A stretch of DNA of 64,000 nt from Escherichia phage EJP2. The stretch is from sequence record OQ411014.1. One strand, given 5' to 3'. The notes beneath the pieces are model-generated. The model ran no database searches and was not told the DNA's origin. It worked only from the letters and a program-made list of their open reading frames with translations. The position numbers and the translations under genes were made by a program. Shown in pieces: positions 27,176-36,279 of the stretch (position 1 is the stretch's first letter; each line of letters starts with the position of its first letter).

Positions 27176-27311
27176 GGCCCTCCCTTGTGGGGGGATGGAA
27201 TTGGATCAACAAACCTCGTCAAGTATAATATGAATAGTATTAGTACTTAATAATTCAAATGAATTGAGAGATATGAGATGAGCGATAGCGAAATCGAATA
27301 TGTCTCAATTC

Positions 27312-27332
27312 TTGGCTTACGCAGTAAGCCAA
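27312..27332 (+). promoter_or_regulatory. perfect 9-bp hairpin in the 5' leader of the 27355 gene
   Basis: ttggcttac gca gtaagccaa, 10 nt upstream of RBS aggag. Confidence 0.4.
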
Positions 27333-27354
27333 CGAAACATTACAGGAGCTTATC

Positions 27355-27765
27355 ATGAGTCAGTTAGAACCAATTGTAGGATCTTATAATATTTTCTTCA
27401 AAGATACCAATGTAACACCAAGCAGTTCATATAACCAAAATACACGTGTAAGTACTTACACAATTGAGCATTTAAGTACTGGCAAGAATTTCAGTACTGA
27501 ATACGGGAAGTACGTCCAGAAGAACTCCGATTGTTTTCAGCTATTTCGTAACTCCCCACGTCAAGATATTTTACTAATCACAAACGAAGTGGAGTTCCGT
27601 CAAAGATCTCTTGATTTCCCTAATGCAGTTCATTATACTATTAGTGATATCGACTTCATCAAAGTACTTGTTCATTACGACGAAGTATCAAAGGTAAGTA
27701 CTTTTGAGGATTTGTCTTTTGATGAAGTAATTGCACTCAAGGATAAACTATATGAAAGCAAGTGA
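27355..27765 (+). CDS. hypothetical protein
   Basis: 136-aa ORF with aggag RBS. Confidence 0.5.
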   Translation: MSQLEPIVGSYNIFFKDTNVTPSSSYNQNTRVSTYTIEHLSTGKNFSTEYGKYVQKNSDCFQLFRNSPRQDILLITNEVEFRQRSLDFPNAVHYTISDIDFIKVLVHYDEVSKVSTFEDLSFDEVIALKDKLYESK

Positions 27766-28291
27766 ACTAGCTGCGATTCTACTCAAGAATCCAGATATGG
27801 AAGTATATACGGAGAATCATCATTATGACAGTTATGATAATGACTCTTATTTCACTACAGAAAAAGTAGATTCAGTAGTACTGTCACCTGATGGTCTTTT
27901 CTTGAATTTCAAAACTATTGACACGGATACTGCACTGAAGACTCCAATGAGTAAACCGAAGTTGCATACGTTCCGTATAAAACTAAAAGATGGTGAGTAC
28001 TTTAGGATTCCAGAGAGTTACCACACTCTCAGTACTTTGATTGATTTCGAAGTTGAAGGTCATATGGTATTTTATGTGTCATGGCATGATGACTGGTGGA
28101 TTTTAGCACCTGAAGATACAGAAGATGAGTTCGTAAAAGAAAAAATATCTTATTCTTCATCTACACATTACACTCCAGATGATGTAGAATGTGTTCAGAT
28201 AATTACTGCACTAGATGATAAGTGGGAACCAATCTACACTGACTTCACTTTGCAAGATGCCATTGAATTTGCCAATAGGAATACTAAATGA
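27752..28291 (+). CDS. hypothetical protein (tandem paralog 1 of 2)
   Basis: start set at MKASELAAILLKNPDMEVY, which parallels MKAKDLIDLLKNDPEQELY of the next gene. Confidence 0.45.
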   Translation: MKASELAAILLKNPDMEVYTENHHYDSYDNDSYFTTEKVDSVVLSPDGLFLNFKTIDTDTALKTPMSKPKLHTFRIKLKDGEYFRIPESYHTLSTLIDFEVEGHMVFYVSWHDDWWILAPEDTEDEFVKEKISYSSSTHYTPDDVECVQIITALDDKWEPIYTDFTLQDAIEFANRNTK

Positions 28292-28782
28292 AAGCTAAAG
28301 ACCTAATCGATTTACTAAAAAATGATCCAGAACAAGAACTATACGTGCAGCTTTCCCGAACAACTTCATGGGATGAAGATTACTGTACTGCTCATGTAGT
28401 GACTGATATTGAGATGACTCCATCTGGTATTTTCATTGAGTATGACTATCATAGTGCTAAGTCTGTAAAGATGCCAGCAGATGCACCATATGTCGGAGCT
28501 TTCCGTATCTTCCTGAAAAATGGTGAAGAATTCATTCCTAATGAAGTAGAAGATTTCTGGCCTAGTATTTTTGATTTTGGTTACTACGCATCATACAAAA
28601 CTGACAACGAATGTGTTGTACTGGAGTATAGTGAAGAATGTCAATACAATCCTGATAAAGTTGTCAGTACTGTAGATGATGTAGATCGTGTTGAAGTTGT
28701 AACTAGCGTTCAAGGATGGAAAACAGAATGGACATCTATGACGTTCCAGGAAGCATTCGAGTTTATGACGAATCTAGAGTAA
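28288..28782 (+). CDS. hypothetical protein (tandem paralog 2 of 2)
   Basis: N- and C-terminal similarity to the 27752 ORF; ATGA overlap. Confidence 0.45.
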   Translation: MKAKDLIDLLKNDPEQELYVQLSRTTSWDEDYCTAHVVTDIEMTPSGIFIEYDYHSAKSVKMPADAPYVGAFRIFLKNGEEFIPNEVEDFWPSIFDFGYYASYKTDNECVVLEYSEECQYNPDKVVSTVDDVDRVEVVTSVQGWKTEWTSMTFQEAFEFMTNLE

Positions 28783-29144
28783 ATCCGTTCGTACTAGAAG
28801 ATATGCTGTGTAAGTACTTTGAATTCAACATGTACAATAAAGAAAAATTGGCCCCTTGGGACGAAAGATGTTTGTTCGAAATATTGAGGCATAATTTTGA
28901 AGATGAACGCAGTCTATATGATACAGTACTGAAGTTAGTTGATATACTTAGTTCTACATTTGACGAACAGGTATTTGTGGCTTCATACCCAAGTAATTAT
29001 AGTGCTGTAGTTCATCCAAATGTTGTTTACCTTGATGAATTTGCATTCGGAAGAACATATCCAGAATGCAAAATTATCATTGCGTTCAACTATATGAATG
29101 TTGATGTTTCTTATAATGGTGTCCTTAGATATATAGTAAGATGA
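28728..29144 (+). CDS. hypothetical protein (start uncertain)
   Basis: ORF overlapping upstream gene; candidate starts 28716, 28728 or 28803. Confidence 0.4.
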   Translation: MDIYDVPGSIRVYDESRVNPFVLEDMLCKYFEFNMYNKEKLAPWDERCLFEILRHNFEDERSLYDTVLKLVDILSSTFDEQVFVASYPSNYSAVVHPNVVYLDEFAFGRTYPECKIIIAFNYMNVDVSYNGVLRYIVR

Positions 29145-29178
29145 TAAATATTCTATATCATTATATGAGGATTATTTT

Positions 29179-29625
29179 ATGAGCGATTTTGATGCAGCAG
29201 TAGATATGCGTAACATACTGGATTACATGGATGATACAGTACAAGAGAACGGTTCTTCTGAACTACTTGAGTTCGTTGAGGATTGTATCTTTTTGGAATC
29301 ATTGAGTCACCACTGGCACTTACAGTGTAAGATTTATTCCAAACATATGGAACTCGATGAACTATACAAAGAAATTGGTGAATACGTTGATTCCTTCATT
29401 GAAGGACTAATGAGTACTCGTGGTGTTCTACCTATGGTATCGGAGAAGCAATACTTCTTCGTAGGATTAGATCAATGTATTCCAGTACTGGAACAGTACG
29501 TACAACAAGCTAAAGTCATCCATGAGATGTTAGCTGCTGAAGATGATTTCGGTTCAGTGAATAGTATTGAAGACATTATTAGTTTTCTAGAACGTACTCT
29601 TTACAAACTGAAGTGTCTAGACTAA
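29179..29625 (+). CDS. hypothetical acidic protein
   Basis: 148-aa ORF with gagg RBS. Confidence 0.45.
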   Translation: MSDFDAAVDMRNILDYMDDTVQENGSSELLEFVEDCIFLESLSHHWHLQCKIYSKHMELDELYKEIGEYVDSFIEGLMSTRGVLPMVSEKQYFFVGLDQCIPVLEQYVQQAKVIHEMLAAEDDFGSVNSIEDIISFLERTLYKLKCLD

Positions 29626-29633
29626 AATACAAA

Positions 29634-29656
29634 GGACGCACAATGCGTCCTTTTTC
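29634..29656 (+). terminator. hairpin ggacgca/tgcgtcc followed by T5
   Basis: perfect 7-bp stem, 3-nt loop. Confidence 0.75.
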
Positions 29657-29672
29657 TATATGAGGATTTTAT

Positions 29673-30020
29673 ATGAGTGAAACACGTGTAATCTATGGCT
29701 TGATTGCAGAACTAAATTCACCTGTTGATTACGATGAAGAGATTGACCGCATCTCTGACAGTACTCTAAGTCTGAACTACAATGGTACATTAGTGTATAT
29801 GGTTCAAGAAGAACTAGAGTCATATGAATTTGGTTTGCTAATTTCTACTAAGCAATATGGCGATAAAGACAAGTTCCTTGCACTATGCAAAGAAGCAAAT
29901 CTTGATGTCAATCCTGACAGTACTGACATTTTCTGCGTACAATGGTATGACGGGGTAGATTGTCCTTTGGATTGTACCAGCATTGAAGAATATAGAGCGT
30001 ATCGTACCGGTGCTAAATAG
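29673..30020 (+). CDS. hypothetical protein
   Basis: 115-aa ORF with gagg RBS. Confidence 0.45.
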   Translation: MSETRVIYGLIAELNSPVDYDEEIDRISDSTLSLNYNGTLVYMVQEELESYEFGLLISTKQYGDKDKFLALCKEANLDVNPDSTDIFCVQWYDGVDCPLDCTSIEEYRAYRTGAK

Positions 30021-30056
30021 TATTATATCAATACTACTCTATAAGGAGATAATAAA

Positions 30057-30281
30057 ATGCAAGCTAACGATTTGTCTGGTAAAATTGTCACTGAAGGTGA
30101 CGTAGTAGCTTATGGACATGACAATGGAAGTACTTTAGAACTAGGTAAAGTATATAAGATTACGCCTAAGAAAGTTTGGATGTATCCTATTCAGGATGGT
30201 GTAGTACAGTTCCTGTGCAAACAGTGCCGTGATTGGAGGCGAGTGGTAAAGGTTGAGAATTTCTATAATCGAGATAAATGA
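30057..30281 (+). CDS. hypothetical protein
   Basis: 74-aa ORF with aaggag RBS. Confidence 0.4.
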   Translation: MQANDLSGKIVTEGDVVAYGHDNGSTLELGKVYKITPKKVWMYPIQDGVVQFLCKQCRDWRRVVKVENFYNRDK

Positions 30282-30516
30282 GATTTATGAAGAATACCGA
30301 GACGTGTGGCGTAATGCTGATTACAGTATAGTACGCCGCAAACGTCTACTGGAATTATTTGATAAGGGTCTTGTAATTGTGGTGAACACGAAGCATTGTC
30401 CACAACTAAAACAGGATGCGGATTTGAAAAAGTTGCTCAAGGATGGTAAACTAGAACAGTTCAATATCAGAGAGAGTAAGAATTTCAAGAGGACATATCT
30501 AAGAAGGAAGCCATGA
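30253..30516 (+). CDS. possible gene with non-ATG (TTG) start
   Basis: 87-aa ORF with no in-frame ATG; overlaps upstream gene; would otherwise leave about 235 bp non-coding. Confidence 0.3.
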   Translation: MRISIIEINEIYEEYRDVWRNADYSIVRRKRLLELFDKGLVIVVNTKHCPQLKQDADLKKLLKDGKLEQFNIRESKNFKRTYLRRKP

Positions 30517-30517
30517 T

Positions 30518-31072
30518 ATGGCAAAACTACAATTTACATATGCAGCAATGAATTGCGGTAAAAGTACTGCACTATTACAAACAGCTTATAACCTAAGTAA
30601 TATTGGAAAGAAAGTACAATACTACACATCAGCACTTGATGACCGATATGGTTATGGTAAAATTACTTCCAGAATTGGTCTGTCCGAAGAAGCTATGGTC
30701 ATTCCTAAAGATGACTTTTCAGTACTGAATGATATCATTACTGATTACAATGAAGGTACTGAACCTTTTGCAATTTTCGTTGATGAATGTCAGTTCTTGA
30801 ATACAAATCAGATTGACAAATTGGCGTATATCGCTGATAATTGCAATGTAGCCGTATATTGTTATGGACTCAGGACTGATTACAGTGGTGTACTCTTTGA
30901 GGGTTCTAAACGTCTCTTTGAGTTAGCTGATGACTTACATGAGCTAAGTAACAACTGTCAATGTGGTGCTAAGGCTACGATGACAAAGCGACTAAATGAC
31001 AGTACTGAACAAGTACTGATTGGTGATAATGACATGTATCAATGCGTATGCAGAGCGTGTCACAAGAAATAA
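30518..31072 (+). CDS. tdk: thymidine kinase
   Basis: [25 protein letters not shown] parallels E. coli Tdk [25 protein letters not shown]; C-terminal Cys cluster. Confidence 0.85.
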   Translation: [184 protein letters not shown]

Positions 31073-31081
31073 GGACAACAT

Positions 31082-31330
31082 ATGATTAGTTACAAAGACA
31101 TTATCTTTGCAGTACTGAAGCGTTTCAAAAATGAAGTACTTGATGAGTTTGATGACCGTACTCTGTTCAAACTATTAGCGTACTGTACTGCTGCATTTGT
31201 AGTATTCTCTTTTGTACCAGGGTGGGCTATTGTTGTTGCACTTCTGATTGGTTGGGTTACTTACATCGTTGACCGTTCACAAGACGCAAAGACTTGGGCT
31301 GAACATGAAAAAGATGTTGACGAAGAATAA
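31082..31330 (+). CDS. small membrane protein
   Basis: 82 aa with central TM segment. Confidence 0.4.
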   Translation: MISYKDIIFAVLKRFKNEVLDEFDDRTLFKLLAYCTAAFVVFSFVPGWAIVVALLIGWVTYIVDRSQDAKTWAEHEKDVDEE

Positions 31331-31390
31331 AAAATAACATACACTTAAAAGGTGCTACAGATGTAGTGCCTTTTTTCTTAGGAGAGTACT

Positions 31391-31870
31391 ATGTGGTTAT
31401 TTCTATTTTGTTTGATAATGGCATTTGCAACAGTGCAATTGTTCTTTGAGATGGTACATTCTGGTGTATTCGGAGATAGATTGTACTTCAAGGTGAAGTT
31501 TATTGGATTTGATGTAAACACTGAGCGTTCACAGGTGATCCGTACATTAATAATGATGTATCATTCTGGTAAGTACAAAATTGAACTGAACAAGCAGACA
31601 TTATATTTCATCCAAGAAGGCGAGAACAGTACTGAATACATTGTGGAGTGCTTACATGTAAGTGATGTGAATTCATATAAGTACGGACGTTTTGCTGGTA
31701 TTACTAGTACTACAATGGATAACCGAGGCATAATTGATTTCGACACTCGGATGATGTTGTATGATATTGTTGCTGAAGCAAAAGAGCCTGAACCACCAGC
31801 AGATGTTCCAACTTACCAGTACTCAAACTTGAAAGGTTTCTTTGCCCCTAAACAGGATATCGAATTATGA
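31391..31870 (+). CDS. hypothetical protein with N-terminal TM helix
   Basis: 159-aa ORF. Confidence 0.45.
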   Translation: MWLFLFCLIMAFATVQLFFEMVHSGVFGDRLYFKVKFIGFDVNTERSQVIRTLIMMYHSGKYKIELNKQTLYFIQEGENSTEYIVECLHVSDVNSYKYGRFAGITSTTMDNRGIIDFDTRMMLYDIVAEAKEPEPPADVPTYQYSNLKGFFAPKQDIEL

Positions 31871-32538
31871 TTATTGAATATGTAATTGCAATGTGTACTG
31901 CGAGTGCTGTAGCACCGTTGGGTTCTTATATTCTGTACCAGAATCGTGAAGTTATTTCGCGTAAACTGGGTAAACTCTTCGGTACTAAAAAGCTGATTGA
32001 CTGCTTAGATGAGAATCAAACTCATCTTATTGAACTGGCAGAAGATGGTATCATTCTTGAAAAAGTACCTGATATTTTTTCTTATGATGAAGAGTACAGC
32101 TTGAGTCTACTTGAAAAGATTCACCCTGATGCATCTAAAGAGTACGACCGCCGAGCGAAGATGGCACGTATCAACCATGAAGCAGACTCGGTTGTGTATA
32201 CAACTCTAATGCAGATGCGGGAAGGGAGAGTTGAAGTTGCAGGTAAAGACAAGTACAATATGGTTTTCTCGAATGGATTATCAGTCTGGACTGAAAACCG
32301 ATATTTTGCTTTCGGACACTTGACCAAGAACGACGACAATCCTCGGTTCAATACTGTTAGATTCAACTGGGAATATGAGCGTTACTCTAAATTCACATTC
32401 ATGTGGCTGGTGGATGTTTATCTTGAACATTATGAGAATGAAGTATGGCGTGGTCGCCGTGCCATGTACTCACATGATGATATTCAAGATCAAGAACAAT
32501 CTGAAAAACTAAGATTCAAGAATGCAATCACATGGTAA
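31867..32538 (+). CDS. hypothetical protein
   Basis: 223-aa ORF, ATGA overlap. Confidence 0.45.
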   Translation: MIIEYVIAMCTASAVAPLGSYILYQNREVISRKLGKLFGTKKLIDCLDENQTHLIELAEDGIILEKVPDIFSYDEEYSLSLLEKIHPDASKEYDRRAKMARINHEADSVVYTTLMQMREGRVEVAGKDKYNMVFSNGLSVWTENRYFAFGHLTKNDDNPRFNTVRFNWEYERYSKFTFMWLVDVYLEHYENEVWRGRRAMYSHDDIQDQEQSEKLRFKNAITW

Positions 32539-32783
32539 AAGAATATTATGATGCATGGATAACAGAGATTATGATATTCATGAATATTATAGACTCTGGT
32601 GTATTACAGTATGGTAATCCAAAAGCAACTCTTGAACTCTTACAGTACTGTCAAGAGGTTTGGTATCGCTGAGTTAGATGAAGAATATCATTACTTTCAA
32701 GGTGAATTACTAAAATACTTCAATGATTACAATAACTCTAGGTACGTTCCTAGATTATTTTTCTTTCATTCTGAGGATATGTA

Positions 32784-33233
32784 ATGACGTTAGAAGAATT
32801 ACTAAGTACTCATAAGTACTACATTGATGATGATAATAAAAATATTTCGGCTATCATTTCTATGTTGAATACAAAGTACAACCTACATGGTAAGTCCCCT
32901 AAAGCTGACGAAATTTTGGAATCACCGAAGAAATTTTTGATGTACAATCCAAAAACAAAGTGCATTCGACTTGTTGACAAAAGTTACTTAGCACCAGAAA
33001 CAACATTTACGGATATCGTCCGTGTGTACACTGGATTGCCATTCACTATCAATCATTTATTCGTTGAGGTGTACAGTACTGGAAGTCCTAATTACTGGAA
33101 TTATGCAGTACATAAAGGTGATGTAACACGTTACTTCAAACTGACCAAACTCAATGCTTGGCTTGAAGAAGAATACGTTGATACATCTGAAATGATCAAA
33201 ATTGAAGATTCGTACATACAAAATGTGAGATAA
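32784..33233 (+). CDS. hypothetical protein
   Basis: 149-aa ORF. Confidence 0.45.
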   Translation: MTLEELLSTHKYYIDDDNKNISAIISMLNTKYNLHGKSPKADEILESPKKFLMYNPKTKCIRLVDKSYLAPETTFTDIVRVYTGLPFTINHLFVEVYSTGSPNYWNYAVHKGDVTRYFKLTKLNAWLEEEYVDTSEMIKIEDSYIQNVR

Positions 33234-33254
33234 CGTCACAAAATGTGATATAAT
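33225..33254 (+). promoter_or_regulatory. sigma70-like promoter GTGAGA-N18-TATAAT with TGTGA
   Basis: tgtgatataat 33244-33254; same architecture as the other family members. Confidence 0.5.
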
Positions 33255-33282
33255 GGAATAACACACTAAAGAAGGAAACTAT

Positions 33283-33426
33283 ATGAAACTACTCCGTAAT
33301 AGCTTATTTGCGTTTTACATGGATTATCAAATCTCGCTAAAACTAAATCCAGTACTGACAGTACTAGGAACAGCCACTGTTGCAGCTTTCACTGCATGGT
33401 TAGTTACACTGTTTTGTGCTCTATAA
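33283..33426 (+). CDS. small hydrophobic peptide (47 aa, below ORF-track cutoff)
   Basis: translated by hand: MKLLRNSLFAFYMDYQISLKLNPVLTVLGTATVAAFTAWLVTLFCAL; RBS aaggaa; directly downstream of promoter. Confidence 0.4.
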   Translation: MKLLRNSLFAFYMDYQISLKLNPVLTVLGTATVAAFTAWLVTLFCAL

Positions 33427-33441
33427 TCTTAGGATAACAAA

Positions 33442-34071
33442 ATGACAACTCACGTTAGGTATTATATTGCATATAATGGAAGACCAGTTCGTTCTATTGG
33501 ATTAGATCTTGAGCCAGTAATGTCTGTACAGACTAATCTATACTTCAGTACTGAAGAAGAAGCAGACTCTTTCATTATGACTAGGATTGCAACTGCGTCC
33601 ACTACACTTTATCATATTCATTTTGATTGTATTGATAAGTACTCAATCGTCAAAGAAATTGTTCAGTTGGAACCGTGCAGTACTAAAACTAATTATATGC
33701 GAAACTATACTCTAACTTGGTTGCGATTACTCGACCAGGATATCTGTACTGATTCTATGATTTCCACTACTATACGTGCGTTCGTCATGCGTGGGTTTAG
33801 TACATCAGGATTGGATTTAGAAGAAGTGAAAAACTTGATTTTGGGTAATCCAAAACTTCAAAAAACCATTGACAAACTTATTCCAAAGCATATAATCTCT
33901 AATATTGAAAATTACATGCAAGATGGTTTAGTCAATGCTCCGGTGGAAGAGCTTGAATTCTTGAATCTAACAATTTCAGATGAAATGAAATTTGATCTTG
34001 ACTTCGAAGAACTCTTCCCTTACAATAAGTTCAAACCAACAAAATGGGAAAATCATGGAACTAGTAACTGA
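33442..34071 (+). CDS. hypothetical protein
   Basis: 209-aa ORF. Confidence 0.45.
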   Translation: MTTHVRYYIAYNGRPVRSIGLDLEPVMSVQTNLYFSTEEEADSFIMTRIATASTTLYHIHFDCIDKYSIVKEIVQLEPCSTKTNYMRNYTLTWLRLLDQDICTDSMISTTIRAFVMRGFSTSGLDLEEVKNLILGNPKLQKTIDKLIPKHIISNIENYMQDGLVNAPVEELEFLNLTISDEMKFDLDFEELFPYNKFKPTKWENHGTSN

Positions 34072-35308
34072 AGGTCGCAAACTCGTAACAATTCGTAAAA
34101 TCAATGCAATTGATGCAATTGAAGGTGCAGATCTGATTGTCAAAGCAACTGTTGACGGTTGGGATGTAGTTGTGAAGAAAGATGAATTCAACGTTGGGGA
34201 TTACTGTGTATTCTTCGAAATCGATTCATTCCTTCCAGTACAGACACCACAATTCGCATTCTTGGCGGGTTCAGGCTGTAAACTCGATGAACAGAATGTA
34301 GAACGTTTCCGTCTACGTACTCGTAAACTTCGCGGGGTAGTCTCTCAAGGCTTGGCTCTACCAGTATCTCTATTTGAGGCAGTACTGGAAGCTATTGACG
34401 AAGCTGGTGGTCATCACCCTGACTCGTACACTACAACGGCACGTGAAGAACTCCTAGTGAGTCTAGAGGCGAATCGTGAAGGCATTGAGCAATTCCTCAA
34501 TGTAACCAAATACGAGCGTCCTGATGAGCGTAATGGCGGTACTGGTGCATCTAAGTGCAAAGCTGCTGGTAACTTCCCTATCGTCATTCCTAAGACTGAT
34601 GAAGACCGTATTCAGAACGTAATGGGTAAGTACTCTCAGACTATGAAAGGTGTTGCATTCCGTAAATCACTGAAACTGGATGGTTCTAGCCAGACAATTG
34701 CATTCATTAGCAATCCTGATTTCTTTGTAGATAAAGTTGATGAAGAAGTCCGTGCATGGAATGAAGAGACTCAAGAACTTGAAGTTGTTGAAGTGAAGCC
34801 ATACCCGTTCCAATGGGAAGATGGTCAGGTAGCAGTATGTTCTCGCAATCTTGCGTTGAAATTTGATGCTGAATCTCACTTCTGGAAAGCAGCACTGAAA
34901 GATGATATTCCAGCACGTCTGAAAGAGTACTGTGTTCGTAATGACCGCCAACTAGCACTACAAGGCGAAGTAATGGGTCCTGGTATCCAAGGGAACCGTG
35001 AAGAACTGACCGAACATCAATTCTACGTATTCCGTATTTGGGATATTGATAATAAATGTTTCCTTGATGATGGTGATTTCTTGACACTATCTGCACTACT
35101 GGGATTGACTACAGTACCGCAAGGTGATATCGTGTACTTCTTCGATGAATACACTTCTATCAAAGAAGCATTGGCATCTGCTGACCACGCATCTATCAAG
35201 CATAAGATCGCGGAAGGCGATGTGTTCAAAAGTGTATCTAAAGTGAATGGTGTTACTGTACACTTCAAGGTAATCAACAACAAATTCTTGCTCAAATGTG
35301 AGGACTAA
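34055..35308 (+). CDS. ATP-dependent RNA ligase-like nucleotidyltransferase
   Basis: start set at ATG 34055; candidate motif I lysine in SLKLDGSS (KxDG) about 170 aa from the N-terminus, preceded by an N-terminal domain. Confidence 0.5.
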   Translation: MELVTEGRKLVTIRKINAIDAIEGADLIVKATVDGWDVVVKKDEFNVGDYCVFFEIDSFLPVQTPQFAFLAGSGCKLDEQNVERFRLRTRKLRGVVSQGLALPVSLFEAVLEAIDEAGGHHPDSYTTTAREELLVSLEANREGIEQFLNVTKYERPDERNGGTGASKCKAAGNFPIVIPKTDEDRIQNVMGKYSQTMKGVAFRKSLKLDGSSQTIAFISNPDFFVDKVDEEVRAWNEETQELEVVEVKPYPFQWEDGQVAVCSRNLALKFDAESHFWKAALKDDIPARLKEYCVRNDRQLALQGEVMGPGIQGNREELTEHQFYVFRIWDIDNKCFLDDGDFLTLSALLGLTTVPQGDIVYFFDEYTSIKEALASADHASIKHKIAEGDVFKSVSKVNGVTVHFKVINNKFLLKCED

Positions 35309-35916
35309 TGAAGAAAAAATTCGGCGTGGCGATAAATGACGCCGACTATGCTGTAACATCATATGACGATGCTGGTAAACGCCAGCATTGTCCCTTTTAT
35401 CGAAGATGGGCGAGTATGATAAATCGATGTTATGGTGATGTTGGTGCAACATACACTGAATCCTATGTATGTGATGAATGGTTAACCTTCTCTAACTTTA
35501 AGAGATGGATGGAAACACAAAAATGGGAAGGTATGGAGTTGGACAAAGATTTACTTTATATCAACAATAAGGAATATGGCCCAAATACATGTTTATTTTT
35601 ACCAAAGGTTATTAATTCACTATTCGTTGATAGTAAATCGAGCCGTGGTACTAATCCGATTGGTGTATCTTTTGAAAAACGTCGATTGAAATATGAAGCA
35701 TATATATCAATTGATAATAAGAAAAAACATCTTGGATATTTTGATAACCCAATTGATGCACATGTAAAATGGCAACATGCAAAATTGAAAGTATTGGAAG
35801 ATTTCATGAAAACGTTATCTGACCCTATACATATACAAATTGTAGATTTGCGAATCAACAAGCTAAAGAATGATATACAATCAAATATCATAACCGAATC
35901 TTTACATCATTTCTAA
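35308..35916 (+). CDS. AP2-domain DNA-binding protein, homing-endonuclease-like
   Basis: C-terminal YEAYISIDNKKKHLGYFDNPIDAHVKWQ resembles an AP2 domain; N-terminal W..M..RC pattern. Confidence 0.4.
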   Translation: MKKKFGVAINDADYAVTSYDDAGKRQHCPFYRRWASMINRCYGDVGATYTESYVCDEWLTFSNFKRWMETQKWEGMELDKDLLYINNKEYGPNTCLFLPKVINSLFVDSKSSRGTNPIGVSFEKRRLKYEAYISIDNKKKHLGYFDNPIDAHVKWQHAKLKVLEDFMKTLSDPIHIQIVDLRINKLKNDIQSNIITESLHHF

Positions 35917-35928
35917 AAAGGAAATAAT

Positions 35929-36123
35929 ATGATCAAAAAACGTCTAACTGTATATTGCAGTGGTGCACCTAATTTCTTTATCTATGGTGTAACAAAAGAT
36001 AATGAAACGTACAGCCTTATTGATAACCAGTACTGGATTCGTGCATCAAATGATTTGACACCTGCTGAAATTTCAGTAATGACTGTAGTTGAATCTGACT
36101 GTATGTATAACGTTCAAGAGTAA
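35929..36123 (+). CDS. hypothetical protein
   Basis: 64-aa ORF with aaggaaa RBS. Confidence 0.35.
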   Translation: MIKKRLTVYCSGAPNFFIYGVTKDNETYSLIDNQYWIRASNDLTPAEISVMTVVESDCMYNVQE

Positions 36124-36143
36124 ATAAAGTTGTATTGTTAGTA

Positions 36144-36172
36144 TTGACAATCAAACAGTTTCGAGATAGACT
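36144..36172 (+). promoter_or_regulatory. weak sigma70-like promoter TTGACA-N17-TAGACT
   Basis: consensus -35, poor -10; upstream of the endolysin gene. Confidence 0.3.
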
Positions 36173-36279
36173 AGTGTTTCACTAGAGCTATGTAGAAAGT
36201 CCAAAAGAGGCTTTGTGCAAACGGAGCCTAATAACTCCTGTTGCTGAAGCTACACAATAATTAGCAAATAGGAGGAATT

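Noticed and set aside
27028-27228. 66-aa ORF inside the ORF-free structured region
   Set aside because: Low-complexity product, no RBS, and it overlaps the terminator hairpin; more likely chance ORF within a non-coding RNA region.
31336-31372. Possible terminator hairpin after the 31082 gene
   Set aside because: Stem ggtgctaca/tgtagtgcc has an internal mismatch and the context is ambiguous; left uncalled.
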